Source: Rhina ancylostomus (Eukaryota). From it: 63,771 nt of DNA. The stretch lies in contig JARFYF010000012.1 of the NCBI GenBank assembly GCA_030265395.1, positions 23,930,160 to 23,993,930 of the forward strand, in the 5' to 3' direction. Position 1 is the first letter of the stretch; each line of letters starts with the position of its first letter. This document shows positions 39,401 to 54,300 of this stretch, in pieces. The position numbers were made by a program, and so were the translations under genes. The notes beneath the pieces are model-generated. The model was not told the origin of the DNA. It saw nothing but the letters and a program-made list of their open reading frames with translations, and searched no databases.

Positions 39401-40774
39401 TTGCTTATACAAAATACATGTTTAACAAAGCTGTCCTGTCTGCAGTGGTGGGTCTGCAACAATGAGAATGCCCCAGAAATGACATTGAATGTTATATTTC
39501 TAATGAGTCTCTGTGCTCTACGGGATCCAACTAAATGGCTCACATTGACAAACCTTATACAGAACTATCAGAATGGCCACCCAGACATGACTTTTCATAC
39601 CATAGTTGGGAATATTTTACTGATATTCCCGCTGTCTTTTAAAACATTCTCAATATAAACCTTCCTAGTTTTTGCAGTTTCACATGTGTCATTTTGTTGA
39701 ATCAAAACAAATAATCACATTCCCCACAAATATACTGCAGTTTAATTTGGTCAGTTAGACCACTGTGCTGTTATCTGTAAAGAAACGCAATGGTCCTTTC
39801 TCTTTAACCGTGTTGGAAGTTTAAAGTGAGAAAATTGTGGATGTGTGCTTGTGTTTTGACGCATAATTGAGCAATGTGATGATGTAACAATTTGGTAAAC
39901 CATTACACCATCTTAGCATTGATGTTTTCTCCAATAAAGAACAAATCTGCCCAGAATACCAATAAGAAATGCCAAGTACCCTAGAAAGAGGAAGTAAAGA
40001 AAAATCAGGATTCACTTTGTAATGGTATGCACATTTTTTATAATTACATGCATATTTATTTATAGTTCCTTATAAACATGTAATACTTTGCCAGCATCAC
40101 ACAAAAAGTGAGGTGTTGACTCTCAGCTATTTCCTGGTGAGGCATTTTAAATAAATAAAAGCAAAATAAAAAAATATGCTCACTGAAATAATTACAGCTG
40201 TTACGATTGACACACTTTTAATCAGGCATACTGGAAATGAAATTAGTGTTGCATTTTATTGAGAAGCTATCCTTCACAGTCACTACACAATAGGCAATAC
40301 AAATATTCAGCCTAAGTGTTTCAATCATGTCTGATACCTGGTTATACCAGTTTTAGGTCAATCCAATTTTGACTGCAGCAGTTTGCTTGAAAGATGACTG
40401 CTCACAACAATGCACTACCTCTCTACTCCAACTCTTCTTCATTGTTGAGAATTACTTAAATTTTAAACGATCTGACTCATTCCAAAGGGATCAGGCTTCT
40501 GCCATCATCTGGCACAATAATACAAACAATAATGCAGTACTCACAATTTGGATTGAGATTGTTAGAGAGATTAGCAGAAAACAATTTGTTCACAGAATAA
40601 CAAGAATTAGGTATGTTCTATTGTTTTTCAGTACACATATTCTAATCTGCTTTATAACACTGTCCCCTTCATATCATCTGAAGCTGTGGATCACACTTCA
40701 GCAGTACTTGAAGTGATTACAAATAAAGTAAATGACACCAGTAGTAAGAGATATAGAGTGTGGAGTGGGGGGTG

Positions 40775-41090
40775 GTATTTATACTCTTTAGAACTTTCCA
40801 CCATTTTGTCCTCCACTCTTCTTTCAGCATTCTGCAGGGACCACATCCCTCATGCTTCCCTGGTCTGATATTCTATCTCCATCAACCATCAGCCTCTTTT
40901 CAACATTTTCCCATGTTACTGCAGGAGACGTAACTCTGGTCCTATTACCTCTTCCCTTCCTATCATCCAGGGACCCAAATAGGACCCAAAAAGATCACAA
41001 TGTGGTCTTCCCTACATTGGAGAAACCAAAGCAAGTTTGGTTGACCAACTGTTCTTATTTCAGACTTCAAGCATTTGCAGTTTTTTTTTG
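40775..41090 (+). mobile_element. Penelope-like element fragment with GIY-YIG endonuclease remnant
   Basis: LSAFCRDH, FPCYCRRRN..P.TSSLPIIQGPK and QCGLPYIGETK motifs; internally deleted and joined to the terminal tail. Confidence 0.8.
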
Positions 41091-42904
41091 ATTTTCAAGA
41101 CTGATATAATCTTATGTTTTACTGCTGAAATGGAAATGCTCAACAATCATAGAAAATGTTGGCCTACTTTAATGTTAAAGACAGTTAAAAGGAGTTTATT
41201 AGTAGTCCAACAGTCTGCATAAACTGTTCAAGCTTTCCTGACAGTTTTTTATTCTCTATCAGTTTGAAATTATATTGTCCATGAAATAATGTGGAAGGGC
41301 TTTTTGTATCTTTATGACAGTCCATTGTTGGCTATATCTGTGGAGCACTACCCTATTATTTAAAAAAAATAATTTTTGTCAACTCATTAAGAAATTTTAT
41401 GCCAATACCCATATTGCATAATTCAAAAGTGCACATAATTAAAGGAAAACTTATTCACTGTATGCAGTGAACAATTTTCACAACACGTTTCCACTCATTC
41501 CATTTTGTTTATCTGTTAGATAAGGAATTCTTCTTTTACTAAAGCCTGTAAAAGATACAACATAATTTTTCAGATAGGCTTGATTTCAGTTTTTGATGTG
41601 TATATGAAAACAAAAATTAGTATTATTCCATAAAATTTACATAACTCAAATAAAGAAGAAATTATAATAACATTTTAGAATTTAACATTTAGAAGTGAAA
41701 TCTTAAGCATAATATCAAAAGGCTTTTATATATCTAAGAACATGCAAATCTTTTGTCTAACAGATCAGTTTAAGAGGATTTTTCATATACCTACAGTGTC
41801 GAAACTAAATATATCCAAGTAAATCAACATGTAGAATAATTTTTAGTTAACTAGATTTAGAATAAACTGAAAATGATAATAAAGTACAAAAATACATTAA
41901 TAATCCTGAAATGGAGAAGGGACATTTAAATAACACTTTAAATTTGACCCTAAATCTGCACAAAAATATGTCTGGCTACCAAAACCTTTCCTTAAGCCTT
42001 TCTTTATAGATACCAAAATTGGAGAGAGACGTAGCATGTTAATGCACGGTTAGCTTTATACAATCACCTAAATTTAACTTCAATTCATATTTAATATACT
42101 GTTGGAGCTAGAACATTCAACCAAAATCAAGCAGCCTCTTCTTACAGAAGAAAGTTATCAATAAATAGAAAAATATGGGGAGAGCAAGTAAACAACAATA
42201 ACCTAATGAAGTTGGCTTGCTAAGATAAATCAAAATTCCTCTTTTTATCCACCATCAAAATCTGAGTGCAAGCAACTTTTTTTAAAGTAGTCCCTCCAAT
42301 TCTTGCTCTCTGTTTATTTTTTTTCTTTGCTGGATGCAGGGTTTGATGTGATGGTGTAATTCCTTGAGGGAGACAGAAATATACATGGATATAGCTATAA
42401 ACAAATGATACTAGGAAGGATTTGGGAAAGACCTTATTGGAAATGGCCTTTGGCAGTTTTGGCTGTTGGTTTCAGATTAGTTTACACAGTATGTAAAAGT
42501 GAACTTGAAACACTTTCAAATCCTCTGTAATTATATTTTCAGGGTCTCATTATAGTTGCTTTTGAATAATCAAATCAGCTAGCTACAAGATCAAACATTC
42601 ATATTAGGAACAACTAGCTACACAACAGTTCTCAGAAGAAGGTCAGATCACAAATAATTTATGTTGATAATAGAATCCCCAATTGTAGCTGAAAAGTACT
42701 AGCAGATGTGTCTTCCCAGAATGGAATTAACTTACTTTGCTATTTCTTTCCTCTATAAACCAATATCAAGCATGTATAAAGATCTGCAAATCACATACAC
42801 ATGAAAAGATTAATGCAAATCAGATATGCAGTGCAGATAATTGGTCTTTATGGACAATTATCACTGCTAATATTTCAATCAAACCTTTGCAATAAATACA
42901 TATA

Positions 42905-43163
42905 CAGAACACCCCCATGTTACGGAATGTTTTCATTCCTAGAAAACTGTCCATATCGTGAGTTTTCATAATACCAACCATTGAGAAAAATTGACAAAAT
43001 CTGTTGTTTGTTTTGCATTTTGTGTTTATCTAGTTACTTTTATCACATAAATTCTGCAAGAGGCAATTTTAATTCTGTATCTCAAATTTTTTTGGTAGAG
43101 ATTTGTGAATTCTGTAAGGGTGGATTTCTGTTACCCCAAATGCCATAACATATGTGTACCCTG
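42905..43163. mobile_element. Tigger/pogo-like MITE
   Basis: TA|CAGAACACCCCCATGTTACGG versus reverse complement of right end CAGGGTACACATATGTTATGG; about 260 bp. Confidence 0.55.
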
Positions 43164-43825
43164 GTAGTTTGTAATGCTTAAGAATTTTATTTTTTTTATG
43201 TAACCAAATATTTTCCACAGATCCACAATTCCACAGATTACTCTTTGTTGTTAGGAAGCTGCAACAATCAGTTGCTCACAAAACATTAGTAGTATATTTA
43301 CTGTATTGATTAAAAATCACTGTTTTGCTGCTAGCCCATTGAAATCTTTTTCTTCACTGACCTGGTACTAACCTGCCCAATAAAATAGCTAGTCTCCAAC
43401 TATTCTCAGGAGTTTGACAGTGCACACTGAAGGGAGGAGAAAGGCAATTTCTCAAAACAAATTGACATTAAGAATATATTAGTTGAAATAGCCCTGCTAG
43501 GAACTATATTTGTATGTCAATTTTGCTGAAAGTCTCTAAATAAATTTTAATCTAAGTTGATGTAAAATGTGTATAAATATTTTGTAGGCCTATCATTAGA
43601 TTTGGTAATCGATAACTTCAGCTCAGTAGGTAACTTGTACAAAACAATCCCAAGCAAACGAAAGAACAAATTTCACACTTGATAATCCTCTGAAAGAAAA
43701 ATGCAGTCAACAATTACCTGGAATTCTGTATTGAATTGCACCTAACATAATGACACTAATAAAAGAAATGATAAATCACCACTATGTATCAATAGTGATG
43801 ACTATTGGAGCGGGTGTACTATATC

Positions 43826-44528
43826 AATGGGCCTAATCCTGCTGGACACCACCTCTGCCAGACTTGGTGCTTCTGATGACTATCTGCAGCTTTCCTGGAC
43901 GGAGAAGCTGGATCAACCTGATTTTCTGCAACAGCTGGGTGGGGCCAGTTGCAAGTGACAATTATGTTTTTGCCATTATGTCCTGAGACCCCACCCCCAG
44001 AATATCTGATGCCCCTTTGATGACTTGCCATTGCTAAGACTTATGAACTGTTTTCAAATGTTTAGAGTGTCAGAGATATTTAATAAATATTCAAATAGAT
44101 CTAAATGTTTAAATAAATATAAAACTAAACAATTAAATAAAATTAATTCATAGTTGTTAATATATAACACATAATTAAAAACACCAAACTAAAGTAAAAT
44201 AACTCAAACGTTTATCTTTTTCTACAGCGTTGGTGATGCCATTGAACAAAATGGACTTGCCGACCATATGCCTGTCCTCCCTGGTGTAAAACTGAGGGAA
44301 TAGATACCAAGCCTCTTTCTCCAGCTTGTCAGATGTCTGCTGCAGGGCTCAATGGCAAGCCAGAGGTGAAGCAGGAGGTCAGATGCGCTGGCATGTGATC
44401 CCTGGTCATTTCGGATTTTCATATTTGGCTAAGCATGTATGGAAGTCTGAACGAGTTGAGCCTCAAGTGGCTGACGGTGATGTTTGCCTGTGGAACTATC
44501 GCCTGTCAGTCAGCTCTGTCTGGCCCAT
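43826..44528. mobile_element. Possible Harbinger-like non-autonomous element
   Basis: AATGGGCC...GGCCCATT inverted ends, GC-richer arms around an AT-rich core (44080-44220); no clear target-site duplication. Confidence 0.35.
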
Positions 44529-46139
44529 TCATCTCATTATCTTTGACATTAACACAATTGAGACTATAATAAAAAGGTAATGGTTCTGATACCATAATCA
44601 TAATGAGTCCCTATTAGACAACAAACCTCTTCTTTAATCCCATCTCTCCAAAAAATCTATGGCACGTTTCACAAAAATGTTTGAAATTGTTGCTTATAGT
44701 TCAACTGGATTTTAAAATAATTAATGTTTTTCTTTCAACTTCATAATTCAACTAAATTCTATCCATTTTGCTTGAAAATAATGCATTTTAGAGAGCAATT
44801 TTTGAAGGTTTAAGATCATTAAAATAACACAAGATAATCAAAGTATTTTTAAATGTATACACCCCTTTCTTTAGGCTACCATTTTGAGAATAGAGATCAT
44901 ATGCTGATACCATCCAAAGGGCTCATCATAATCTTTTATAGCAAAGTGGTCCAGTTTTATAATTGTTTTTTTATGAGACTCTGCAGTGTTAGCACTTAGT
45001 TAAATACATTTTTATGCTGTCATTATTTAAAATTTTCATTGACTTTTCCCTTTTTATTAAAAACCAGACAGTGAAACTGATGCGAGCACTGGACAATGCT
45101 TATCTTTAACCAACTATCTATCTATAACTATGCCTTTGAATGTGAAACAGAGTTCAAATGACTTTATACAGATGACACTTTGAATTTTATGTTCTTGAAA
45201 AAAAATCCTAAATTGACTGCACTGAATTGAAAATATACCTTCAAGTATAAAAATAACACCGGATGTCCTGTTTTGGAAAGAGCTATCTACATTTACATTA
45301 ATATTACTTATACAAGAGGATTGGTTTTATTTTACGAATGTATGGAAATTTGAACTTTTTGATCATTTAGTATTCCTGTGATTATTGAAAAGCTTGACTG
45401 AAAATTAGTTCCCAAGTCAAAACCTGGATTCCTTAAATGATTGCATTGTGTGGTTCTGATTTACTCACTGAAGTATATATAAAAAAATACAATACCTGTA
45501 GGAAAAAATAGTGTCTGCCAAGCCCAGTAGAAATTTAACATCTAACTATTGTATTTTTCAAATGGCAAAGAGTGCTTGTATCACTTAAAGGAGTTTGAAT
45601 TGTATTTGGACAGTTCCTTTAATTCATTTTTATGCTTCTTGAATTAAGTTACACAGCTCAACATAAAAGTTTTACAATCACTCACACCTTAAGGCAGAAT
45701 GAGAAGCTACACAGCAAATTTTGATCTTCTAAACATTTTAATGTGCCTAAATCTCAATGTGGTTTCCTTGTAATTTCAACAAATAAAAGATTAACACACA
45801 AATGTGACAATTACTGTATGTGTCTACCCTTTACTCAGTTGCAATATATCAGATTAATCTAACAATTAATTTTTTAACAAAAGATATACTGACCCACTTA
45901 CAATGTGCAATTGGAGAAGGTTTTCATTTCCTGGTACAGATCAACTTCCAAAATTTTTAGAAATGTTTTACACTTCATTATGTTATTTATGCCAGGAAGG
46001 CTGAACTATTTCTTTCTGACTGCACTTCCTACAACTTTTTGTTTATTTGTACTGGAATATCATTTCAGCTTTTGAGAAATGTTTGGAGGATTCAAAGCCC
46101 TTTTTGTTCATAATTTCCAGTTTATGGTGCTATTAATGT

Positions 46140-46900
46140 AACAAAGTTATCTCAGGGTACAAAAGAATCTAGATGATGGGCCACGTAAGGAAATCAAAGG
46201 GCCCATGGCCAAAAGCTTAGACAAAGAGGCATATTTTAAAGAAATACTTAAAGAAGAGGAAGAGAGAGATTTAGGGAGGGAGTTCATCACTTTGGGTCTT
46301 GTTAGCTGCAAGAATAACCACAAGTGATAGAACGATTGAATCTGGGGTTGAGCAAGAAAACGGAATTAGAGGGTGCAGATACCTCAACTAATTATAAGTA
46401 CAGAGGAAATTACTGAAGAAAGGGGGCCAAGGCTGTCGAGAGTTTGTGAATAAATGCTGAGAGTTTTGAAATGGAAGGATTGCTTAATCAGGAGCCAGCA
46501 TTAGTCAGTGTACACAGGGATGATGGGTGAATGAGATATGATGTGACAAAAGATTAAGAAGCCTTTGCGCTTGAATGATGTGGGGACAAAAATCACACAC
46601 AATGAAGTAACAAATGTCCCTCAAAGTCTTCTCTCAAATGTTCTCATTGACTTCAATGAGCTGAATTTCTATTTTAGAGTTTATCATGGACGGTTGTGCC
46701 GGAGCATAAGTCTGATCCTGAGGGTAAATCTCAACACCTCCCCCACCCACCTCAGATTTATGGAGTAAAATGAGAGAGGTCAGCCAAAAGTAAACTGGAA
46801 GAACGAGGTTTTGAGGTACCAAAGGCAGAGATAACACTTTGAGCAGGAGAAGATCACAAGCAGGGACAACAATATGGAAATGGAAATTAGGAGGTCACCT
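46140..46900 (-). mobile_element. L2-type LINE fragment
   Basis: Similar to 1690-1990 and 61380-62070 (GGCCAAAAGCTT...TTTTAAAGAAATACTTAAAGAAGAGG...TTTAGGGAGGGAGTTC). Confidence 0.6.
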
Positions 46901-48659
46901 TGATGGCAGCTAGTAAGCAGAAACAACTCAGACTCAGATAGGGCGCCAAAGGTTTAGTTTCATGCAGTTGCCAATAGTAATCGCAAATGAGGTGAAATCA
47001 ACAATTAATTCTGATTTTGATTTTTGTAACTAAAGCTATTAAAGGGTTGTAGAAAAAATCCCGGCAGGTGCAGTAAAGCAATAGAGCAGTCATGATCTCT
47101 CTGAATGGCAGAACAATTCTGTTTTTATTTTCGAGTCATCCTCATTTATTTATGCATTGGTTCAGGCTTTTCCTTTAATCTGATGGAAATACAAGTGCAG
47201 AACACTTTAGAATTATTGTGTGTATAGGGATGCATGTAAAGCCAGATTCAGTGAGCTAATACTGAAACCCAGGAGTCCATGGATTTGTATCACATGAGGC
47301 CACGTTTGGTGAATTGCATTCATGGGGCAGAGAGACTTCTTCAGGAGATATACTGAGAAAAGTCTTGAGTGGATCTTTATTAATGATTTGCAAAAATGCA
47401 CTAATTCTTTCATGTCTCGTTACAGTTTCCAAATTTAGTAAATTGATTTATCAAAGTAAATAATTCAATCAGATAAGGAAGAAGCCCAATGCAATCGTGA
47501 AGTTTACACCTGTACTGTGCATGTGTAAAATCAGTAATGTTTCTCATTACTCCGACTTTCCTGTTTTACAAAGAATTTGACCCTGGAATGGTCTTCCTGC
47601 GTTTTTGGTAATCTTTAGCACATTGGATTCATTTAAATACGTCAAAACAGTTCTAAATGTTTGACCCATTGAAATTCAATATGATGGAAACTAGACAATT
47701 TATGGGATATCATGGGATGGCTGAAAAGTAGCCATATGAAATAGATTTTAATAAAATCACTTAACTGCTTTAAAGAATGTCAATCCTGACTTTCCACCTA
47801 CTTTCCATGCCTGCACTTGTTTTGATACAGAATATTGTGGAAGCAAGAATATTCCAGAAAATGAAAACAATCAAAATGTGCCTCAGCCTATACCTGAGAT
47901 TTGCTGGGTAATGACAGGCTCACAGAGTCTTGCAGATGTAACATATTAATATAATCATCTGCAAATTGATTCAGGTGCTTCCTGACCACCTTTCCTTGTT
48001 AGATTATCACTGCATAATATCACATTTATCTCCACACAGTATCACACAGAATGAGGTGCGTTAGAAACTGACAGCATACTGAAGGACTTGATGACATCAT
48101 AATCTGTGAGGGCATAGGTCAACATTAATGAGGATTTATTCCATTTGATAGATGGCAGTCAACTCTAATTGTAACCTGAAATGAAGTTGCATTGAATCAG
48201 AAGATGTGTGGATTTTGGCTTCATTTATACACAAGGAATAACATATTAAGCATGCAGACTGTGATGGAGGGATGTGAGTAGGTGCTATTAACCTGACTTG
48301 TCCAAAAGTGATTGAGAATCAATTTCAGATGCACAAAGCTGAAAGTGATTTACTTCACTCCGTGATAAGTTACACAACATGAGTGGTGTTTATTTTGATA
48401 CAACAGAGATTGGATGTTGCATTCCTCTGCCTGCTTTTCCTCTCCATTGTGACTGGGGAAGTGAAAGTAAACCAGGCAACCAGGCACCAGGGAGAGGAAT
48501 ACTGAGGTCGAAGTTTCTGTATATATGTCTTTTTGATTATGGNNNNNNNNNNTGTGAGATGTTGTTGATGTATCACATAAAGATCAGGCTGATTTATGTC
48601 AAAGGGAATTGAATTTATTTTTGCTTAGTCTTTGTTTCTCTGCCCTATTCCTCAAAGTT

Positions 48660-48885
48660 CCACTGCCAGAAAACTTGTGGCCTTCTTGGCCAAGTGACCA
48701 TTTTCATGATTGCCAGCAAGCAGTTTGATTGTAGGTTTGCATCACAGCTGAAAGCAGTCACACTCTCACCTTTCAGCAGGGGTCAGTTAATGCTCAACAT
48801 AAACCCTGGCTGATATTTTCTCCTCATTACCCGAGGGGAAATTAGTGAAGCCAATTATTATGTCCAACCATCACACTGGCCAAAA
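48660..48885 (-). mobile_element. Old SINE-like dispersed repeat, copy 4
   Basis: Reverse complement has AATATCAGCCAGGGTTT and CATGAAAATGGTCACTTGGCC. Confidence 0.5.
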
Positions 48886-48889
48886 GCAG

Positions 48890-49230
48890 ATGATGCGGCA
48901 CAAAGCAAGGTTAGGAGAAAAGAAGCATTTAGACCTGCAGGGTCTGATCCTTCTACCTAAAAATGTGAGGCTCAAGGTGCTCCTGATTTTGGGCCTGAAG
49001 GGACTCACTTCCATGTGATGTCCATAAAGAAGAGTTAATGGATTGGACCATGGCAAGTGTTGCTTGGACTGTTGTGTTGAGGGAAGTGGGGAATTGTGTG
49101 CTGGGGATATTAGTGGATGATAGAAATCCTGGGTGAGGGGTATGTTTGAAAGGAAGGTGGTGGATCAGAGGCTGAGGGAACCAAGAAGTGAAAATGATCA
49201 GGATTAAGAGAGGTGATCTAGGCAATCAGA
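48890..49230 (-). mobile_element. Possible L2 endonuclease/linker fragment
   Basis: Pyrimidine-rich minus strand with a DHFHFLV-like remnant; weak. Confidence 0.3.
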
Positions 49231-52200
49231 GGGAATCTTGCATTCTTTAAGCATAGGGTAGTAGCAGGTTGTACTGAACGCAAGGATTTTGCCCCAGCTC
49301 TTTTAGACCAAACTAATCCAACAATGAGTGTTTCATACAGGTGGTTGGTTCCTTATTTGGCCATGTAATCAGCCTAGCTCTTCCGTGTACATTACTACAT
49401 AAAAATTGCTTTTGTTTACCAATATAGCAAGAAATGTAGCTGCAAATGTACACAGACTTCCAACCCACAATGTTGGGAGCTTAGGATATTAGTTCGTGTT
49501 TCTTAAACATTTGTGCATAGTAAAAATCACTGACTCTGACTCTTTTTAAATGCAATGCTCAATTTTACATTTGCTGAACCAACAGAGGACTCTCAAAACT
49601 TTACTAAGTCAAAATCAAACAGAAACTTCAACATTGAGTATTTCAGATGAAACATAAATCTAACATTTAGAAAGTCAAAACCTACTTCAAAAAAAATTGA
49701 GAACATTCTCCTTGTTTAATTGTTTTTGGTGTTTTCAACTAAATTGCACTTGCCTTTCTACACAGTGAGGGAATCATCCCAGGACCCACGAGAAACTGTG
49801 CTGCTTATAACACTTTATGTCTGGGTTTGAAAAGTCTAGTGGATCAGTTGAAGTCTCAGATCTAAGGACTTAATACTTTGCTCTACAATAGACTTTAACT
49901 ATAATGTTTAATGCAATTGGCTAAGGAGCTGTTGCATTATGAAGCAGTGTGGTGGATATATTACTCTAATTGATGAGTATAAGGCAGCCAAATAGAGATG
50001 GAAGTGTTGCCCAGAGCCATCGCAGTACTTCCTTGCAACATGATCCATGAATAAAGGTTTAGCTTGAAATCTTATGGACAGAGGCAACACAAGCAAATTC
50101 TGGAAATCCTTTACAGGTATTCTTGGTGATTTTTAAGCATCTTCACAATACGTACTAGCGATATGGCAGATGTAGATGGAGTAGCAATGGTTCTTATCAC
50201 AGTTATCAGTATTATGTGAGTTCATCTGTTCTGAGTTGATAAAACTATAGAGTGAAAAATTGCAGAGCTGATTATCCATGAAGGCAGTAAAATGCAAAAA
50301 GAGGTAGCTAACAGGGGACAGGACAATGACAAAACATTGAAAAGAAATTAAGGTTACACTATCACTTTTGCATAAATATAAAATGTTCTTTAATGCAATA
50401 ACATATAAGTAGCAGCATACATCAGAATTCAGTTTATGATCTGTCTCCTGAGCATACCAACACCATTACATACTAGTTTGACTTCACAGGATAGCTCCTG
50501 TCTGATGTAAAGCTCTGCTTAAAAACATCTTCAGATAGCCCAGAGGGCCTCCTGGATGCTGTTTAACAGTAGTACTAAGGTTGTTTCCTTTCATGCAAAA
50601 GCTGCCTTTTCTGCCCAGCTTCTTAGAGCATGTGCGTGTTTATGCAGATATCTCTGCTGGTGAGCAAAGTGTGAGTTACCGCTGGGTGTAGCCATTGACT
50701 AACATAGGCTATGCAGCTTTGCCTCAAACTTCAAGTATGGTATAAGTAGGGATGCTGACATTGTAGTTCCACATTAAGGGACAGTTGAGGGTGGAGTTTG
50801 TTGTAAGCAAGACCAGAATGAGCCCCACCATACAATAGAAGATCCCAGGATCAGCACAGGCTCCATGGGTAAGAATGGTCTACTATAACCAAAGACCATT
50901 AAGTAAATTAGAGAGGTAAGAAGAAATATAATACAGGATCTGTCAGTTATCCATTCCTGAAATCTACCCATTAAATTCTAAAGGCATCACTCCAATCACT
51001 CCAAGCTTTCAGAGAAAAATTCAAAACCTAAGTGTACTTTTTAAGAAGATAACTGGACACACTTTAATCTCTGAGCTCAAATATTTCTTATCCTTCTAAG
51101 TCAGGAAACCAGGGACATTTCCTCCCTGCCATCCCTCTAAAACTCCTGTCCTTTGCAGTATCAGCTTTTTTTTGGTGGGGGAGGGGGCGGTGTGGAATCC
51201 CTAATTTTTATGTGGATGTGCCTGTCTCTACAAGAGTAAAGTCTTGGAGGGGAGCCAGAGGCATGGATGGTAATTTGAAGAATTTTACAGTCCATTCTGC
51301 TTGTAATGCCTCTTTAAAAGTATCTGTGAAATTGAGGTTAGTCCCACCCCCAATGTTGGGCGTGCTCAGGGACTGGGCAGATAGCAAGAGGAATTCTATT
51401 CTAACCTCAAGTCTTCAGATGCAGCCCTGGTGGTGCTCCTCCTGGTCACCACATGGCACAGGAGTTCAGGGTAAACTGGGTGATGACATCACNNNNNNNN
51501 NNNNNNNNNNNNNNNNNNNNNNNNNNNNNNNNNNNNNNNNNNNNNNNNNNNNNNNNNNNNNNNNNNNNNNNNNNNNNNNNNNNNNNNNNNNNGGGTGATG
51601 ACATCACTGGCAACTTCTTTAAATAAATTAGGGCTGTCCCAGGGAATTCTGGGCACCATAACCATGCCTTCTGTTGGCTTTAGGGGAAAATTCCATCTAG
51701 TTACAATGACAGTGGGGACTGACAACTTCCCTTTCATAAATGGGAAGCACTGTGCAATACAGGACTGTTGGTATGTTAAGATATAAATAGAACCTGAAAG
51801 AGTTGGGAAAGAGAAAAAGGCCATGCAGGTAATAAATAAATGAAATGCTCTAAGAAGAGGCAAGTTATAGGAGAAATAGACCAAAAGGCAAGGCAAGGAG
51901 GAACAATGGTAAATGAGTAGAGTATTAATCTCAGTTAAAGAATAGAAATAAAGAAAGAAAGCAGTGGTGTCGTATTAGAGTTAATTCATCTTGTTACCTG
52001 CCAATGACATCTCAGACGCAGTAGTACTGTGTTTTCTTGGTTAGCACAACCAATGCAGGACATGAGTGTTGATTGACATTCTGAATGGCCACACAAGTTC
52101 CAGTGGATTTAACTGCCCCCTCCCTCCAGCACTGCTTCAATCAGATCACGTTAATGTTGGCTTGTGACAGTATGGTAGACAGTCTAGCAGTTCTGAATAA

Positions 52201-54059
52201 GGTTCCTCAAAATAATTTATGCAGTCTCTTACTTGAGGAGCAGCTTCTAAAAAAAGCATCAGACTCCAGTATTTAAAATATCTTAGATCGTAAGTGCCAG
52301 GCTGCGACACACAGTTCTATTTTATTTCCTTGCATATTCTCAATGTTCTCTGATGTCACCTTGACAGTTCCCCATTTCCAGCAGTGCAGTGTTTGCTGAA
52401 ATTCTGCCTTCAAGCTGGTTGTCACAAAGGAGTTCCGAAAAAAAGTGTCACAGATGAGCTGTGCCTTTCCACACTACCTCTCCTTAGAGGGGATTTGCTG
52501 TACTAAAATACTGAAACAGCAAAGTGGTCACGGCAGCTAGTAAGTGAAGCAAATTCTGAAACTATTCTTCTTGGAAATGTGGCAGCTGATATTCAGATGG
52601 TGACTGTTTACAGATGGAATGAATAGTTTTTGTTTTCACAGACATGGGTGGCTTCAAAATATGTTCCTGACAGTGCACTCCCACTTGCACTGACTATATA
52701 TTTGAACTCTTTTGGATTTTGTTCTATAACACAATTACCTTTCACTGCCTCAGNNNNNNNNNNNNNNNNNNNNNNNNNNNNNNNNNNNNNNNNNNNNNNN
52801 NNNNNNNNNNNGGGCCTCTTTTAGGTGCCCTTCACCCTTTATGTTGATCTGAGCTTGAGATGGACTGAGAGCACTGCATTCCAGGCTGCCAATATAGCAA
52901 CGGCTGCCAAGAAATAAACTGTGCTGGGTTTCAGTGAAAGGCACAGGTGTGTCACACTGTGGGTGTCGGAAATGGATCAGAAGAAATAGACTGACTTGCA
53001 TCACCCGGTTTCATTATCTTCTCCATAATTAGGCCACAGCTTAGATAGAACCTAACTTGTGCCATATGGGCTGATACTCCAGTGAAAGCAACCCCCTGCA
53101 ATGATGGCAGTCTGTCACATTGAAGGATGTCAGTGAAATACTAAGCACGATGCACATGTTATTTGAAAAGGATCGGTGTTAATATAAAAGCTTAAAGGAA
53201 AATTGTGGATGGCACTTTATTGTAGTGTTAAAAATAATTACTTTTGCAGATCTATTTGTCCGGTATTAAATTTTTCTTCTTATCTTTAAATTAACATATA
53301 TTGCCATAATTGCCTTTTGAGGTAATAGGAATAAATAAACCATGCCAATTTCTTTAGATTATTGGATGCATTGTGTTGAGCTGGCTACTAGTTGGGATAA
53401 TTGACCTGCACTCTACTCAGTGGTGGAATCAGGATCAGTATTAACATATTGCTAGCACCATGAAAATGGCAGCATTATTCTTCATTTTTTTAAAAATGGG
53501 GATTTGATAAGCATGAACAGACATGGGGAATGTTGTGGAGATGGATTGGCTTCACACCTTTGGTTAATATTCAGCCCCCATGATTCAGTCACTTATCTCC
53601 AGGCTTCAGGAGTACTATACAAGCATGCTGGGTGTCACTATCCAGCTCTTAAATATGACATGACAAGTATGGCTATTTGTCTTAGAGTCAATGCAATAGG
53701 ATGGAGCCAGGATAGCAGGATTACTGTTAGACAAACTGAGTCTCATTGTGCCTGGTTTCCAGGCAGAAAATGTACAAAGATGCTTATTTTAACAGAGCTT
53801 GAGCAATGTCAGAGACATCCAATGCTTTATTGGTTTTGGCACCAGAGAGGTATACTTGAAATTTGCGTACTATAGCCAGGCGCCTTGATTACATTAAAAA
53901 TGCCTGCTTTAGGATGTGAACCAGAAAGAGGTTACTCTTGAGCTCACAAATATCAGGCCTATGAATGATCTGCTGGAAACGATGATTCTTAAAGGGATTA
54001 GTGGAAGATCCCATCAAAATGGTAGTCTAAAAGCATACTGAATGAGCTGCCATCTGTTA

Positions 54060-54300
54060 GACTGCTCTCTCTGCTCCAGTTCCAAGATCAATCCACTTTA
54101 TTTCACAGCTTACTCCGACGTGGTTTCTGATCCAGTTCCCCTCCTAGTTTGCTCTGCTCTGGATCCCATCTCTCTACTCCACATTCCAATTCCCTCTACT
54201 CCAGTTCTCAGCTCAATCTTTTCCATATCCCATCTCTCCCTATTCCAGTTCCCAGGTTTCCCTGCTTCTGTTCCAACTCACTCAGTTTCAGTCTGTGCCA
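54060..54300. repeat. Degenerate CT-rich repeat built on TCCAGTTC(C)
   Basis: Motif recurs at least four times among pyrimidine runs. Confidence 0.6.
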
